A stretch of 64,000 nucleotides of DNA from a virus: positions 32,001-96,000 of the IMG/VR virus record IMGVR_UViG_3300049259_000177; one strand, written 5' to 3'. Within the stretch, counting starts at the first letter, position 1; every line of letters begins with the position of its first letter. The notes beneath the pieces were generated by a model. That model made no database searches. It saw nothing but the letters and a program-made list of their open reading frames with translations, and was not told the DNA's origin. This document shows, piece after piece, positions 17,401 to 27,587 of the stretch. A program made the position numbers and the translations under genes.

Positions 17401-19796
17401 CACTGGTCTGTCTTGGACCAGTCCACCGAGACGGTTGGCAACGCGACGTAGACGCCCGGGTGGGACCAGTCGATAACCCATACGGGAGAGGAGATTCCGC
17501 TCGCCGGTGCCGCTACGTTCGGCGGCGCCATCGCTGCGGTCACACCGGCCGGTATCCAGACGGCCATGCTGAACGTGTACTCGGTGCTCGGCTTTACTGC
17601 GTACGTCTTCGCGGCGTAATGGTCATGGGCTGTGTCCGGGTTCACCACGTGTAGGACGCGTACGCCGTGGAATGGACTCGGATGGTCGGTTGGGTCCGTC
17701 AGGACCGCTGAGAAACTGGTACCCCATCCAGTCAGCGAACCGGATTCGAACGACGAGTCGGGAGCGATGTTGCCGCCGCCGATCGTCACGTCCAGCGCGA
17801 CGGGTGTCACGGCCTTGGCGGCGATCTGCGCGGCAGTGACGGCGCCAGCGGCGATCTCGGCGGTGGCGACCGCATTCGCTTGAATGACGCGGGCGTCGAT
17901 CGCGTCGGTGGCAATCTTCGCGTTGGTTATCGCCGCGTCATTGATGTCGGCGGCGACCAGTGGCGGAACGACGCCCCCGGCGATGTCGGACGGCGTGCTC
18001 ATGTTGCCGGACCGGTCGACCGCGACGAAGCGGACGTAGACGGTGTCGCCCGCACCACCGACGGCGATCGAGGTGCTGGGTCCGATGAGGCTGTCGATGA
18101 TCTGCACGCCCGGGTCGGTGATGGCGAAGTTGTTGGACGCGGACGCATACACGTCGGTGTGGGAGAAGTCGGCGGACATTGGGTTGCCGCCGGAGTCCAG
18201 TCCATCCCAGGTGACGCGGAGCACGCCGAGGTAAGGCTCAGTGACGGGCGTGCTCGGCTTGTTGGGCGGCGTCGTATCTTCGGCGAGCAGGATCGCTTCG
18301 CTCTCGGTCCAGGCGCCTTCGTTGCCGCCGAAGTCGACTGCGCGCACGCGGGCGGTGAACAGATGTCCGACCGGCAGGCTCGACAGGAACATGACGGTGC
18401 CGTCGTTGAACTGCTCGGCGCCGGTCCAGCCGTTCGAGTCGATGCGGTAGGCGACGTCGTAGTGCCCGAAATCGTCGAAGGCGGAGCCGTCCGTGTTCTC
18501 GGTGACGTCGGTCCACGAGATCGTCGCCTGCGCTTCGGTCTGACCGGCGGCGTCGACGTACGCAGCGGAGGAGACGTCGACGGCGAGCGGCGCGGCCGGG
18601 AAGGTGACGTCCGGCCCCTCTTTCTTCGGCTGCGGCGCGCGTGTGTTCGACGTCGAGCCGTTGAGAATGCCGTCGATCTTGCGTTGCAGCCGCATCGAGA
18701 TCTCGACGATGAGGTCGTTGAGTTCGATCGACGTGCTCTGTAATCCGTCCTGGCTGAACACGCGCGCGATGGTGCGCACGCGCTGCGGTGCCCAGCCAGT
18801 GTCGTCGTCGGTGCGCCGCTGGTCGTAGCGGACGTAGTCGCCGAGGTAGTAGTCGACGGAGGGCGTCGGTGCGCCTTCGCCGCCAGGAATGTAGACGAGG
18901 GTGATCGCTTCACTCGTCGCCTGATAACTCGCCGCCTCGACTTCGCCTATAGCCTGCAAGGTGCCGAGGTCGGTGACGCCGCCACGACCGTCGTACGCTT
19001 CGCGGCGACGACCGGACCAGTTCGGCGTGGCTTCCTCGGCGAGCGCGCCTTCATCGCCGACGAGCAGCACCGTCGAGCGCTTGGTACGCCGCGACCGCAC
19101 GCGCGGGCCCTGGGTGACGGACTGACCGAGCCGGAAGATGACGTCGGGGCGGTCGGTGCCGCCGGGCCCGGTGTCCGGTACGAACATCTGCAACGTCATG
19201 CCGTTCATGCGGAAGTCGGCCCAGGCGTTGTCCGCGAACCCTTGCAGCACCTTGAGGTAGTCGCTGCCCGTGTCGTAGGTGATCGTGTACTGCTTCGGCC
19301 ACGGCTGCCCGGCGGAGTCGTTGACGGCGTCGAAGTCGTAGGAGACGTCCTGCAACGCGCCGCGCGCCTTCGCCTTCGAGATCAGGTCGTGCATGATCTG
19401 ACCGGGGGTGGCGTCGGCGAACCCTTGATGCGGGTCGAGGTTGATGACCGGACCGCCCGGGACGTGATCGGCCGGGAAGACGATCGGGTCTTCGAGCAGC
19501 GCAAGGACGCCACGTCCGCCGAACGTCGTCGTCATCGTCGGCTTCGGCTGCTTCGCCGGATCGTCGCTGTCGTCTTCGAGCAGGTACCAGTCGGGCTGGA
19601 TTACCCCGTCGACGACGGGGACGAGGACCGCTTCGTCGAGGTCGATCAGCGCCGAGCCGACGCCGAGCAGCGGGTACTCGGCAGACAGCGCACCGGTTCC
19701 GTTGAACTCTTCCTGGATGCTCGCGGAGGTGAACTCGGACAGGCGGCCGATGTAGGTGGTGCCGTCTATCTCGTAGATGTCGAAGTACACGCCCAT
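14478..19796 (-). CDS. Tail tip / central fibre protein: hub, FnIII-like domains, three carbohydrate-binding-like modules, C-terminal intramolecular chaperone (S74-like)
   Basis: Follows Dit; repeated N..xxSFE/GFE modules; SSERFKQNI...WGLIAEEV...VDY chaperone motif. Confidence 0.85.
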   Translation of the reverse strand: MGVYFDIYEIDGTTYIGRLSEFTSASIQEEFNGTGALSAEYPLLGVGSALIDLDEAVLVPVVDGVIQPDWYLLEDDSDDPAKQPKPTMTTTFGGRGVLALLEDPIVFPADHVPGGPVINLDPHQGFADATPGQIMHDLISKAKARGALQDVSYDFDAVNDSAGQPWPKQYTITYDTGSDYLKVLQGFADNAWADFRMNGMTLQMFVPDTGPGGTDRPDVIFRLGQSVTQGPRVRSRRTKRSTVLLVGDEGALAEEATPNWSGRRREAYDGRGGVTDLGTLQAIGEVEAASYQATSEAITLVYIPGGEGAPTPSVDYYLGDYVRYDQRRTDDDTGWAPQRVRTIARVFSQDGLQSTSIELNDLIVEISMRLQRKIDGILNGSTSNTRAPQPKKEGPDVTFPAAPLAVDVSSAAYVDAAGQTEAQATISWTDVTENTDGSAFDDFGHYDVAYRIDSNGWTGAEQFNDGTVMFLSSLPVGHLFTARVRAVDFGGNEGAWTESEAILLAEDTTPPNKPSTPVTEPYLGVLRVTWDGLDSGGNPMSADFSHTDVYASASNNFAITDPGVQIIDSLIGPSTSIAVGGAGDTVYVRFVAVDRSGNMSTPSDIAGGVVPPLVAADINDAAITNAKIATDAIDARVIQANAVATAEIAAGAVTAAQIAAKAVTPVALDVTIGGGNIAPDSSFESGSLTGWGTSFSAVLTDPTDHPSPFHGVRVLHVVNPDTAHDHYAAKTYAVKPSTEYTFSMAVWIPAGVTAAMAPPNVAAPASGISSPVWVIDWSHPGVYVALPTVSVDWSKTDQWQIIEIPLTSGPTTTSVDLRLYGTTGAGVYFDGLQIERGNVATAYSPMPDEILPGTVGTTQLAAGSVTTAVLAVNSVTSAIIAANAVTSTQIADGSISTPKLIAGSVTTAVLAAGAVTATQIAAGAVTAEKLTIGAIGDNLLPNSSFEDIGVALNAPTGNTLNIARWYNNADTSNQANSYLELSAARATSGQQYAVLFADPASWTSIWSDFIPVQGGAAYFLRMLYGNTTAVTNGIYLRVNWYDGNKSLIGSVDYLSNVGGPGGTKNDQVYEGQRTAPAGASYAQVVVYNSHPNTGNYLCVDAVEMRKVTVTAQIADGAITTPKIITGAITTGLIAAGAITATQIASGAVSTEKLTVGALSDNVLLNPGFEEVSSAAPTMAAGWKSGVASGYSGAVALDVAAPINGSKSMKLTPSGTAATSNSAILVTAAPQGTIGTTPGDVWYISIQARGSVAGAMLQVTMFNAAATLSATPIAPTAVGVATAKYEGLFVVPAGMQEMLLSVWALNTSPAGSSIWVDDIQLRRVVGSAQIADAAITTAKIADAAITNAKIGALAVGTANIADASIVTAKIANAAVGTAQIANAAIGTAQIADGTIINAKIGDATITNAKIVDATIQAAKIATVSVGSLIAGLLTADVTVSARIKTADSGARTEMNGSGFHVFDSGGIEVATMAISGGAPFISVTGGTITGGLIRTAASGARVEISSSGADTIYFYNSSGGSAGIGYSGGTSLTLVNAGSLIIMQSNGLISIGAANQSVSINGSVSLGSIGTGIYLGTDVVGNGHTISGVTLASPSITGGLGMGGYAINAVGQINNGGGTISCNANFELTGVAFYGADTINGYTTNNASTIWGSGSPFRLGKISSSERFKQNIADLSDPRRIFKARAVEYNWRTDLFDDEEPNEQLQWGLIAEEVWAAGLDELVIHYLDSVDSVDYARGWVPLLPIVKEHDADLAALKAEIATLRKQVDALAAA

Positions 19797-20630
19797 CTAC
19801 ACGAGCCAAGCAGGAGTGCCGGTGACGGTCAGTTTCGTGGTGGCACCGCCGCCGGTGCCGCGCAGTTGAAGCGACGGGGTGTTGCCCGGCCGGGCGGGTG
19901 GCACGTTGTGATAGCGGGCGCCGCTGTAGCGCAGGTGCCCGAGGTTGGGCACGAAGCCGCCGAGCCCGGTTGCACCCCATCCGTCGCTGCCACCGCCGAC
20001 GACGATCGACTCACCGGCCGGGATCGCTCCGTCATAGGTCCACCAGTCGCCGTCGCCATCGGTGGTGGCGATAACGAGAGGGTTGTTGATCGGGCCGTCG
20101 ACCTGAGTGGTGAGACGTTCCTGCGGTGCGGTGACGGCAGCGAACGAGGTGAGCGCGAGCGCCTGCGGCAGACCGGGACCTGCGACGGTTGCGTCGGTGA
20201 CGGGACCTGCGTCGTCCCACCACACGCCATCCGGCACCTGCACCTCGATGGCGGCGCGGATGCCAAGGTTGCCGATCGGCGTCGGCTCGATCGCGGCAAT
20301 GACCTCGCCGTAGCAGTAGCGCGCGCCGCCTCCGGCGAGTGTGCGCCTGTAGCGCTGCAACCTATGTCCGGGCGTGACGGCGCGCAGAAAGAGGTCCCAC
20401 CACTGCTCGACGAGAGAGCGCGTGTCATCGCCGAGCCAGATATTGAGGGTGAAGGTGCCCTGGTCGAACTGCTTGGGTGCCCACAGTTGGCCGGTGCGAT
20501 TGGCGACCTGGCCGTTTTGCCCGCGCTTGGCCGGGCTGCGGTACAAGCCGCTGCGCATCTCGACGTCGCGCAACCAGCCGTCGGTCAACAGCCAGTCATC
20601 CACCCACCAGTCTTCACGTTGATCGGTCAT
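19797..20630 (-). CDS. Distal tail protein (Dit-like)
   Basis: Position directly after tape measure; size and composition fit. Confidence 0.75.
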   Translation of the reverse strand: MTDQREDWWVDDWLLTDGWLRDVEMRSGLYRSPAKRGQNGQVANRTGQLWAPKQFDQGTFTLNIWLGDDTRSLVEQWWDLFLRAVTPGHRLQRYRRTLAGGGARYCYGEVIAAIEPTPIGNLGIRAAIEVQVPDGVWWDDAGPVTDATVAGPGLPQALALTSFAAVTAPQERLTTQVDGPINNPLVIATTDGDGDWWTYDGAIPAGESIVVGGGSDGWGATGLGGFVPNLGHLRYSGARYHNVPPARPGNTPSLQLRGTGGGATTKLTVTGTPAWLV

Positions 20631-23600
20631 GGGCCGAAGACCCCGATGTCCGCCATCGCTCGCAGCCGCCGGTTGATCGAGTCGCTCGCGGGCTCGGCGA
20701 CCGGATTGTTGGTGACGATCGCCCCTTCCTCGAAGACCACGCCACGATCCTGCACGACTATCGGCCTCGGTTGTGTCTCACCACGCGCCGCACCGACGAG
20801 CGTGTCCAGTGAACTCGGTGCGGCCACCGCGAGTACATCGCCACCGAGTCCGTTGAGCCGGTCGATGAGGTCATCGCCGAGGAACGCGCGGGCTTTCTCT
20901 GTGAGGACGGCTTCTCCACCGAGTGCACGGATGACCCGCTCACCCCTACCCGGGATGACACCGCCGGTGTGGTAACCGACGTAGGAGCCGCCGGACATCA
21001 TCGCGGCGATGCCGGCGATGCCGGGGATGGCGCCGATGCCGCCGTAGCGGCTGACGCCATAGTTGAGACCGGCGAAGACGTTGGCGTACGGGTCGGTCGA
21101 CACGCCGTAGGAGAACGGGCCGGTGCGCGCGTACTTGCCTGCGTACTTCGCGAACGTCGAGTCGATGACCTGCGCGAGCCCGACGGAGGGGTGCCCGGCC
21201 TGCCAGTTCGAGTCCCACTTGTTGACACTCTCCGGGTCGCCGGAGGACTCGCCGCTGATGAGCCGCAGCACGTACGGCGTCCACTTCGTCGACTGGCCGA
21301 GTTCGGTAAGTACCGAGTCGACCAACGACGACCAGCGCGTGACGTCGCCGGTGAGGCCTGACGTCGAAGGCGAGGGACCGGTCGGGTCGCCGGTGCCCTT
21401 GGCGGCAGCGTCTTTCTTGCCGAGCAGGTCGAGCACGCCGTCGATGAGTTGGTTCATCATGCCGCCGAGGGCCCCGGTGTATACCGGCGGCGCGTGCAAG
21501 TTCGCGTTGATGAGGTGCCGGACGGGGACGAATGCCGCCGTCAGCGCTTTCCTGAGCCCCCCAACGGCCAGGTTCTTCAAGGCGCCGACCGCGTCGCCGA
21601 ACACGTCCTTGACGGCGCCGGTGACGCCGGTGACGCCGTGCCACACCGAGCCAGCGGCGCCCTTGATGTCGTGCCAGATGCCACCGATGCCGAACGCCGG
21701 GGAACCGTCCGCCCCGACCGTCGGGCCCGGCGCGGGCGCGGCGGCGACGCGGGCGGAGAAGGTGGAGTTGATCGCGTGGATGGCGGGCGCTCCACCGAGC
21801 CCGCGCACCGCTTCCGGCACGAGGATGCCCTCGCCGGGAGACACAAGTGCGCGGACGGTGTCGCGGCCGGGTGCGTAGCCGGGGATGACGCCGCCGTGCG
21901 CGAACTTGCCCTCGGGTAAGGGCGGCAGGTTGACGAGGTCGGCGACCTTGTTCCAGGCCCAGCGGATGCCGTTGTTGTAGACGGTGTTGACGACGAACCG
22001 GACCGGCGCCTCGGCGACAGACTTGAGTCGCCCCCAAATCTGGCCGATCGCGCTGACCGTCGTACGGAAGGCGCCCTTGATGTCATTGAGCACATTGGAG
22101 ATCGCCGTCTTCGCCGCCCCGAACATGCTGTCGGCGGCGTTCTTGAGGCCGGTCCAGAACGTCGACCAGCCGGACGACAGTGTGTTCCAGGCGCCCGTGA
22201 ACAGGCCCTTGATCCCGCCCCATATCGTGTCGATCACCGTCTTCACGGCGCCCCACAGGTCGCGCGCGACGGTCTTGAGGCCGGTCCAGAACGCCTGCCA
22301 CCCGGCGGAGATGACCTTCCACTCGGTCAGGTACAGCGCCTTGATCCCGTCCCACACTGCCGCGATGGCGTCCCGCACGCCATGCCAGATCGCGAGACCG
22401 ACGGTCTTGAGGCCGGTCCAGAACGCCTGCCACCCGGCGGAGATGACCTTGAAGGCGTCGGCGAAGACGGCCTTCGTCTGCTCCCAGTGCTTCGCGATGA
22501 ACACGAACGCAAGACCGAGCGGGCCGGTGAGGATCGCGAACAGGTACGGCCAGTTGTCCTTGACCCAGTTCCAGACGAATTCCGCTGCTTCCTTCACTGC
22601 GTCGAAGGCACCGGTCACGATCTTGCGGAAGGTGTCGCTGCGCTGCCACAGCACGACAAAGGCGGCTCCGAGCGCGACGACGAGCCCGATGATGAGGACG
22701 ATCGGGTTCGCGTCCATCGCCGCATTCAGGAGCCATTGCGCGGCGGCTACGGCCTTCGCGGCGGCAGCCTGGGCGAGTTCGGCGGCGGTAGCAGCGATCG
22801 TGCGTGCGCGGACGATGAGGAACTGCGCAGCCGTCTTCGCCAACGCACCGGCGGACAGGGCCATGTTCTTGAGGAACGTCCCGGTCCGCTTGCCCGCGTT
22901 GAGCAGCGCGTCGCCCGCCAACTTCGCTCCGCGCGCGAGTTTGCCGCCGAGCGTCGACGCCGCATTGCTGCCGGAGGTTTCGACGTCATCGAGGGCCTTT
23001 TTCTTCGCCTGGTCCTTCGGCAGTTCCTTGTCGATCTCTTTGGTGGACAAGCCGAGCGCGCCACGGAACTTGTCCCACAACTTCGACGCGCCCGGCACCT
23101 TCGACATGATGCCGCCGAGTTTCGAACCGAGTTTGCCGATGGCGCCGACGGTCAGCCCGATGCCGGTCGCTGCACCACCGATGGCGAGCAGGCCGAGCAC
23201 GAACTGATGAATGCCGGGCACCTTCACGATCGCGTTGACCGCGCGCAGGATCAGGTCGAGGGAACGGGCGGCGGCGGTCAGCGCACCCGACCCGCCGCCG
23301 AGGTCGCCGAACAACTGGGCGACGGTCGTGAGCAGTTGCACGAAGGCCGGGCCGAACGAGGTGCTCATCGACTGCAACGCGGTGACGAGCGCGGGCACGA
23401 ACTTGGTCGTCACTTGGTCGATCAACGTCGCGGTCGACTTGTCGGCGCCGATCTTGCCGATACCAGCGACAAGGCCGTCGAACAACCGGCCGAGCGCCTT
23501 CACGCCGGGGACCGCGTTATCGAAGTAGGTCTTGAGGGCGTTGCCCCCAGTCGTGCCGGGCTCGGTGATCGCCTTGAGTTTCTCGACGGACTTGTCGAGC

Positions 23601-25687
23601 GCGGTGAACAACTGGCGTCCTGCGGGTGCCGCCGCCTGGCCGATGTTGTGCAGTGCACCGAACAGGTCCTTGAACAGATCCCACAGCATCGAGCCCGCGT
23701 CATACGCGCGCTGGAAGAACCCGGTCAGTCCGGCGCCGGGGCCTTGCATCTCGCGCTGCACGTGCACGAGGTCGGAGAGGTTCTGTGCGCCGATTGCGAT
23801 GTTCTTCGCGAACTTCTCGACGAACGGGCCTGCGGCGACGGTCAGGTCGCGGATGATCCGCAGGATCGGGTCGAGCGCGCCACCGAGGCTTTGCAGCACG
23901 CGCACGTTCGAGTCGGTGATGGTTGCGAAGTCGCGCCGCCACGGACCAGAGGAGACCATCGTGAGCGCGCGATCGGCGACGCCGCCCATTACGCCACCGG
24001 TCTTCGATAGCAACGCGTCGAAGTTCGGCAGCAGGCGCATCGCAGCGGTGAGGCCGTCCTGCAACGGCGGCAGAAACGCCTCCTGCGCACTTGAGCGCAG
24101 GCTCTTGAGTTTCGGTTCGAGGGTGTTGGTGAGGAACTTCGCGAACGACTGACCGGCGGGGCCGAGGCCCTTGAGCGCCGCCGTCGCGGCGGCGGCGGTC
24201 GTCGACTGCTTCGCCTCGGCATCGGTCTGCGCCTTCACCGCCTGCGTCAGCGCATCCTGGGCTTCCTGGATGCGCTGGGCTGCGTCTCGGTTGGCGATCG
24301 CCTGCTCGCGCTGCGCGTCGGCGACGGCACGCTCGGCGTTGGCGATGTTCTCGGATCGTTGCAGCCGCTCGCGTTCGAGTTGACGTTCCTGATCGGCGAC
24401 GGAGCGGTTCGCGTCCTGCACCTTGCGCTTTGCGTCGACGACGTTCTTCGCGCCGTTGACGCCCGCCTTCTCGGCATCAGCCGCCTCTTTCTTCAAGGCG
24501 GCGTTCTGCTCTTGGGCTTCCTTGTAGCGCTGGACCGCCTCGTCGTACTGCAACTGCGCCTCTTTGCGGTCCAGGTCGGTCGATGTCGCTGACCGGTTGA
24601 CCGCGTCGAGGTTCTGCTGCGCCTGTTCCAGTGCCAACTCGGCGGAACGTTCGCTCAGGGCCGCGTCGGCGAGTTTGTCGGCGTACGCCTCAAGGTCGGC
24701 CTTCGCCTGCACCCGGGCCGCGTTGAGGTCCTCCTGTGCGTAGGTCGCGCTGCGTTGCGCGTCAGCCAGGGACCGCTCCGCGTCGGCGACCTGCTGGTTA
24801 CCGGTACGGATCGCGTCGTCGCGGCTCTGCTCGGCTTGCTGAACCCGCTCCGCACCGGTGATCGTCGCCTGGTCGGCCTGCTCATGGGCGTCCCGCAGGG
24901 CTCGCTGCGCGGCGACGATGCGCTGCGCGGCTGCCTCCTGCGCGGCGGCGCTCGACGTCGCCGTACTGCCCGACTTGGCCTGCTCGGCGTTCATTGCCTT
25001 GACGGCCTTGCCGATGCCGAGGAACGACGCGACGACCGGCGCGAGACCCTGCACGATCGCGCCGCCGATCGCGGGCAGGGTGGCGAGCAGGTTCACCGCC
25101 GGTGCGGCGGCGGACACGAGCGAGATCAGCCCGGCGCCGAGTTGCGCGACGGCCGCGACGGCGACCTCGATCCCGGCGGCGATCGCCGGGAACTTCATCA
25201 GCGACAGGATCGCGGACGAGCCGGAGAGCAGTGCCGAGTAGTCGAAGTCGACGCTGATCTTCGAGCGGCGGTTGCGTGCCGCCCGGTCGATCTCCGCGTC
25301 GGCCTTCTCGGCGTCCGCGTCGACCTCAAGGGTCATCTTGCGGTCGCGTGCGATCCGGTCGATCTCGGCTTCGGCGGCGCTCGTGTCCGCGTCGACGTCG
25401 ACTGTGATGGTGCCCGCGCTGCGCTGCGCTTGCAGGACAGCGGCTTTGAGGTCGGCGACGAGGCGACCCTTGTCGATCGTGACCGGGATCGAGAGCGACG
25501 CGCGGGTCTCCTTGGCGGCCCGGTTGAGGTCGGCTTGCAGTCGCCGTGCGTCGATCTCCGCCTGCACTCGCGCGCGTACGCCGCGCACCTCGGCGTCGAT
25601 CTTGCGTTGCAGGTCCCGGCCGAACCCGGTCGTGTCGCTGCCGACCTCGACGTAGAGCCCGCCAGCGCGGACGTCCTGCTCGGTCAT
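20627..25687 (-). CDS. Tape measure protein with C-terminal lytic transglycosylase (SLT-like) domain
   Basis: 1686 aa, helical Ala-rich with W/F periodic repeats; ESSGDP...GLAQVI.STF motif. Confidence 0.9.
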   Translation of the reverse strand: MTEQDVRAGGLYVEVGSDTTGFGRDLQRKIDAEVRGVRARVQAEIDARRLQADLNRAAKETRASLSIPVTIDKGRLVADLKAAVLQAQRSAGTITVDVDADTSAAEAEIDRIARDRKMTLEVDADAEKADAEIDRAARNRRSKISVDFDYSALLSGSSAILSLMKFPAIAAGIEVAVAAVAQLGAGLISLVSAAAPAVNLLATLPAIGGAIVQGLAPVVASFLGIGKAVKAMNAEQAKSGSTATSSAAAQEAAAQRIVAAQRALRDAHEQADQATITGAERVQQAEQSRDDAIRTGNQQVADAERSLADAQRSATYAQEDLNAARVQAKADLEAYADKLADAALSERSAELALEQAQQNLDAVNRSATSTDLDRKEAQLQYDEAVQRYKEAQEQNAALKKEAADAEKAGVNGAKNVVDAKRKVQDANRSVADQERQLERERLQRSENIANAERAVADAQREQAIANRDAAQRIQEAQDALTQAVKAQTDAEAKQSTTAAAATAALKGLGPAGQSFAKFLTNTLEPKLKSLRSSAQEAFLPPLQDGLTAAMRLLPNFDALLSKTGGVMGGVADRALTMVSSGPWRRDFATITDSNVRVLQSLGGALDPILRIIRDLTVAAGPFVEKFAKNIAIGAQNLSDLVHVQREMQGPGAGLTGFFQRAYDAGSMLWDLFKDLFGALHNIGQAAAPAGRQLFTALDKSVEKLKAITEPGTTGGNALKTYFDNAVPGVKALGRLFDGLVAGIGKIGADKSTATLIDQVTTKFVPALVTALQSMSTSFGPAFVQLLTTVAQLFGDLGGGSGALTAAARSLDLILRAVNAIVKVPGIHQFVLGLLAIGGAATGIGLTVGAIGKLGSKLGGIMSKVPGASKLWDKFRGALGLSTKEIDKELPKDQAKKKALDDVETSGSNAASTLGGKLARGAKLAGDALLNAGKRTGTFLKNMALSAGALAKTAAQFLIVRARTIAATAAELAQAAAAKAVAAAQWLLNAAMDANPIVLIIGLVVALGAAFVVLWQRSDTFRKIVTGAFDAVKEAAEFVWNWVKDNWPYLFAILTGPLGLAFVFIAKHWEQTKAVFADAFKVISAGWQAFWTGLKTVGLAIWHGVRDAIAAVWDGIKALYLTEWKVISAGWQAFWTGLKTVARDLWGAVKTVIDTIWGGIKGLFTGAWNTLSSGWSTFWTGLKNAADSMFGAAKTAISNVLNDIKGAFRTTVSAIGQIWGRLKSVAEAPVRFVVNTVYNNGIRWAWNKVADLVNLPPLPEGKFAHGGVIPGYAPGRDTVRALVSPGEGILVPEAVRGLGGAPAIHAINSTFSARVAAAPAPGPTVGADGSPAFGIGGIWHDIKGAAGSVWHGVTGVTGAVKDVFGDAVGALKNLAVGGLRKALTAAFVPVRHLINANLHAPPVYTGALGGMMNQLIDGVLDLLGKKDAAAKGTGDPTGPSPSTSGLTGDVTRWSSLVDSVLTELGQSTKWTPYVLRLISGESSGDPESVNKWDSNWQAGHPSVGLAQVIDSTFAKYAGKYARTGPFSYGVSTDPYANVFAGLNYGVSRYGGIGAIPGIAGIAAMMSGGSYVGYHTGGVIPGRGERVIRALGGEAVLTEKARAFLGDDLIDRLNGLGGDVLAVAAPSSLDTLVGAARGETQPRPIVVQDRGVVFEEGAIVTNNPVAEPASDSINRRLRAMADIGVFGP

Positions 25688-26543
25688 GCCACCACCCGCA
25701 CCGAGCGCTGGGTGGCCTTGAGGACGCTCACGACCCGCTTCACGCCACTACTGCCGTCACCGGTGAGGTGTGCGGGGCGCGGCACCTTGCGAGGCTTCTT
25801 ACGCCGCATATCCGCCGCCAGCACCGACACCTCCTCGATCAGTTGCGCCAGCAGTTCCGTGTTCAGCGTCCAGCGGTCGAGGCTGCGGTCTTCGGGCTTG
25901 GTGCGGACCAAGGCATCCGCAGGCAGCCCTCGGACGTAGACGATCAGCCGTCGGACGCCGATGAAGCCTTCCTGGTCCGGGTCTTTCCAGACGCCCCGGA
26001 GGTCGACCCCGGGGTAGTGGTGAGCGAAGTCTGCTTCGAGGTCCCCTCCCCGCTCGTCGACGAGTCGGAGGACTGCAAGGCTTCCCCCAGGCCCACCCCG
26101 TACTGGCGGAACACGCCCTTCGCGAATTCGGCAACGTCTTCTCGCGTCGGTCGCGCGGCGACGAACTTGTTGTAGCCCTCCGGGTACTCCTCGGAGTTGA
26201 GCAGCCGACGGCCCGACTCGACGATGGCGTCGATCAACTCCGACGGCAGCGTCGGGCGAGCCACGAGCAGGTCGATGAGCAGCGACGTCGCGGCCATCGC
26301 CTGGTCGCGGTCGCTGGCCTGCTGCATGTCCACGGCCTTACGGATGAGCAGTGCGATGTCGAGATCGAGCAACTTGACGGGCTCGAACACGTCGAGCGGC
26401 AACTCGACCGGCAGCGCCGCGATGGTCTCGCCGCCGAGGCGGATCGGAGTCGGCGCGCCTTTCGCTTCGCGGCGTGTGGCGCGGGCGCGGTCGAGGTCGA
26501 TGACGTTCTCGTCGAACGGCGCCGGAGCGTTTGGTGCGGTCAT
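25684..26543 (-). CDS. Tail assembly chaperones G (25944-26543) and G-T by -1 programmed frameshift at GGGGGAA (26082-26088)
   Basis: The -1 frame is open from the slippery site: GSLAVLRLVDERGGDLEADFAHHYPGVDLR...RRLIVYVRGLP... to the stop at 25684. Confidence 0.85.
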
Positions 26544-26960
26544 CTTGTGGCGTCCTTTCGTCTACCGGGGTCAGCACGGAGATTACGGATGGACGGGGGT
26601 AGCGTCGCGTCGAGCGCGCTCCAAGTAGGGGCGTGATCCTGCCGCAAAGGTCTGACGCTCGTCGCGTCGAGCCCGTCGGGGGCGACGGCTGCGGACCCCA
26701 GCCGCGCTGCACAGCCGCCGCCACCCAGTGGATGCGCCCCGAGGCCGCCACAGCCGGGGACGCTGCTCGACCGTAAGGGGCCGCACGACACAACGTCGTG
26801 CTGGGCGCGCTGACCTCTAGTTCGAGGCGGCGGCGCCATAGCCCCGCACCCGGGACTTGCCGGTGAACGGATGACACGCTGTTGGCCCGCCAGAGCGGTC
26901 GATCAACCGCTCTAGACGGGCCAGCAGGTCAGCGCGTTGCGCCTCAGTCAGATTGCATCC

Positions 26961-27542
26961 TTATGCAGCGAGTGGGTCAAACGCAGGATCGTCCGTTACG
27001 TCATACCACGGGTCACCGACGTCGCTGCCCAAAATTGACAGCCGCAGCGGGAGGGTGGACTCCGCCGTCTTGTGCCACTGCTGGGTGACACCTTCGGACT
27101 GCATGCACTTCGGCACGATCCGGCGGTAGTGCTTGGTGCCGTCGGTGACCTCGATGATCGCGGCGACGTTGGTCCGGCCGCCGATGGCGGGTGGGCTGAA
27201 CTTGTAGTACGGGGCGCCGCCGCCGCTGGGCGTCACCGAGGTGACCGTGCCGCCACCGTAGACGGACTTGAAGTTGTCTCCCGACCACTCCTGCAAGTCG
27301 ACCTGCACCGTCGCGGCGTCGGTCGTCTGGAACCGGCGGGTCGGGTAATTCGACTGATGAGAGTTGACCTCCTGGAAGCCAGGGTTGGTCGCCCATTCCA
27401 GCGAGTCCGGCGTGAACAGACCGACGTCCTTCCATGCCGGATCGAGAGTGGCGACGGGGCCGTCCGGTGCGATGGTGCCGACGGGGGCCAGGTAGACCCG
27501 CGCCATCTGCGCGACTGTGATGCGAGTGGCGTCACCGGCCAC
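26961..27542 (-). CDS. Major tail (tube) protein
   Basis: VYLAPVGT..P...WKDVG pattern; upstream of the chaperones and tape measure. Confidence 0.85.
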   Translation of the reverse strand: MAGDATRITVAQMARVYLAPVGTIAPDGPVATLDPAWKDVGLFTPDSLEWATNPGFQEVNSHQSNYPTRRFQTTDAATVQVDLQEWSGDNFKSVYGGGTVTSVTPSGGGAPYYKFSPPAIGGRTNVAAIIEVTDGTKHYRRIVPKCMQSEGVTQQWHKTAESTLPLRLSILGSDVGDPWYDVTDDPAFDPLAA

Positions 27543-27587
27543 GGTGTACCTCCTGCGGAGATCGACGACGGGTCATCTGTGGGGAGA

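Noticed and set aside
2157-19796. Diversity-generating retroelement acting on tail fibres
   Set aside because: No reverse transcriptase motif and no template/variable repeat pair with adenine-specific mismatches was seen.
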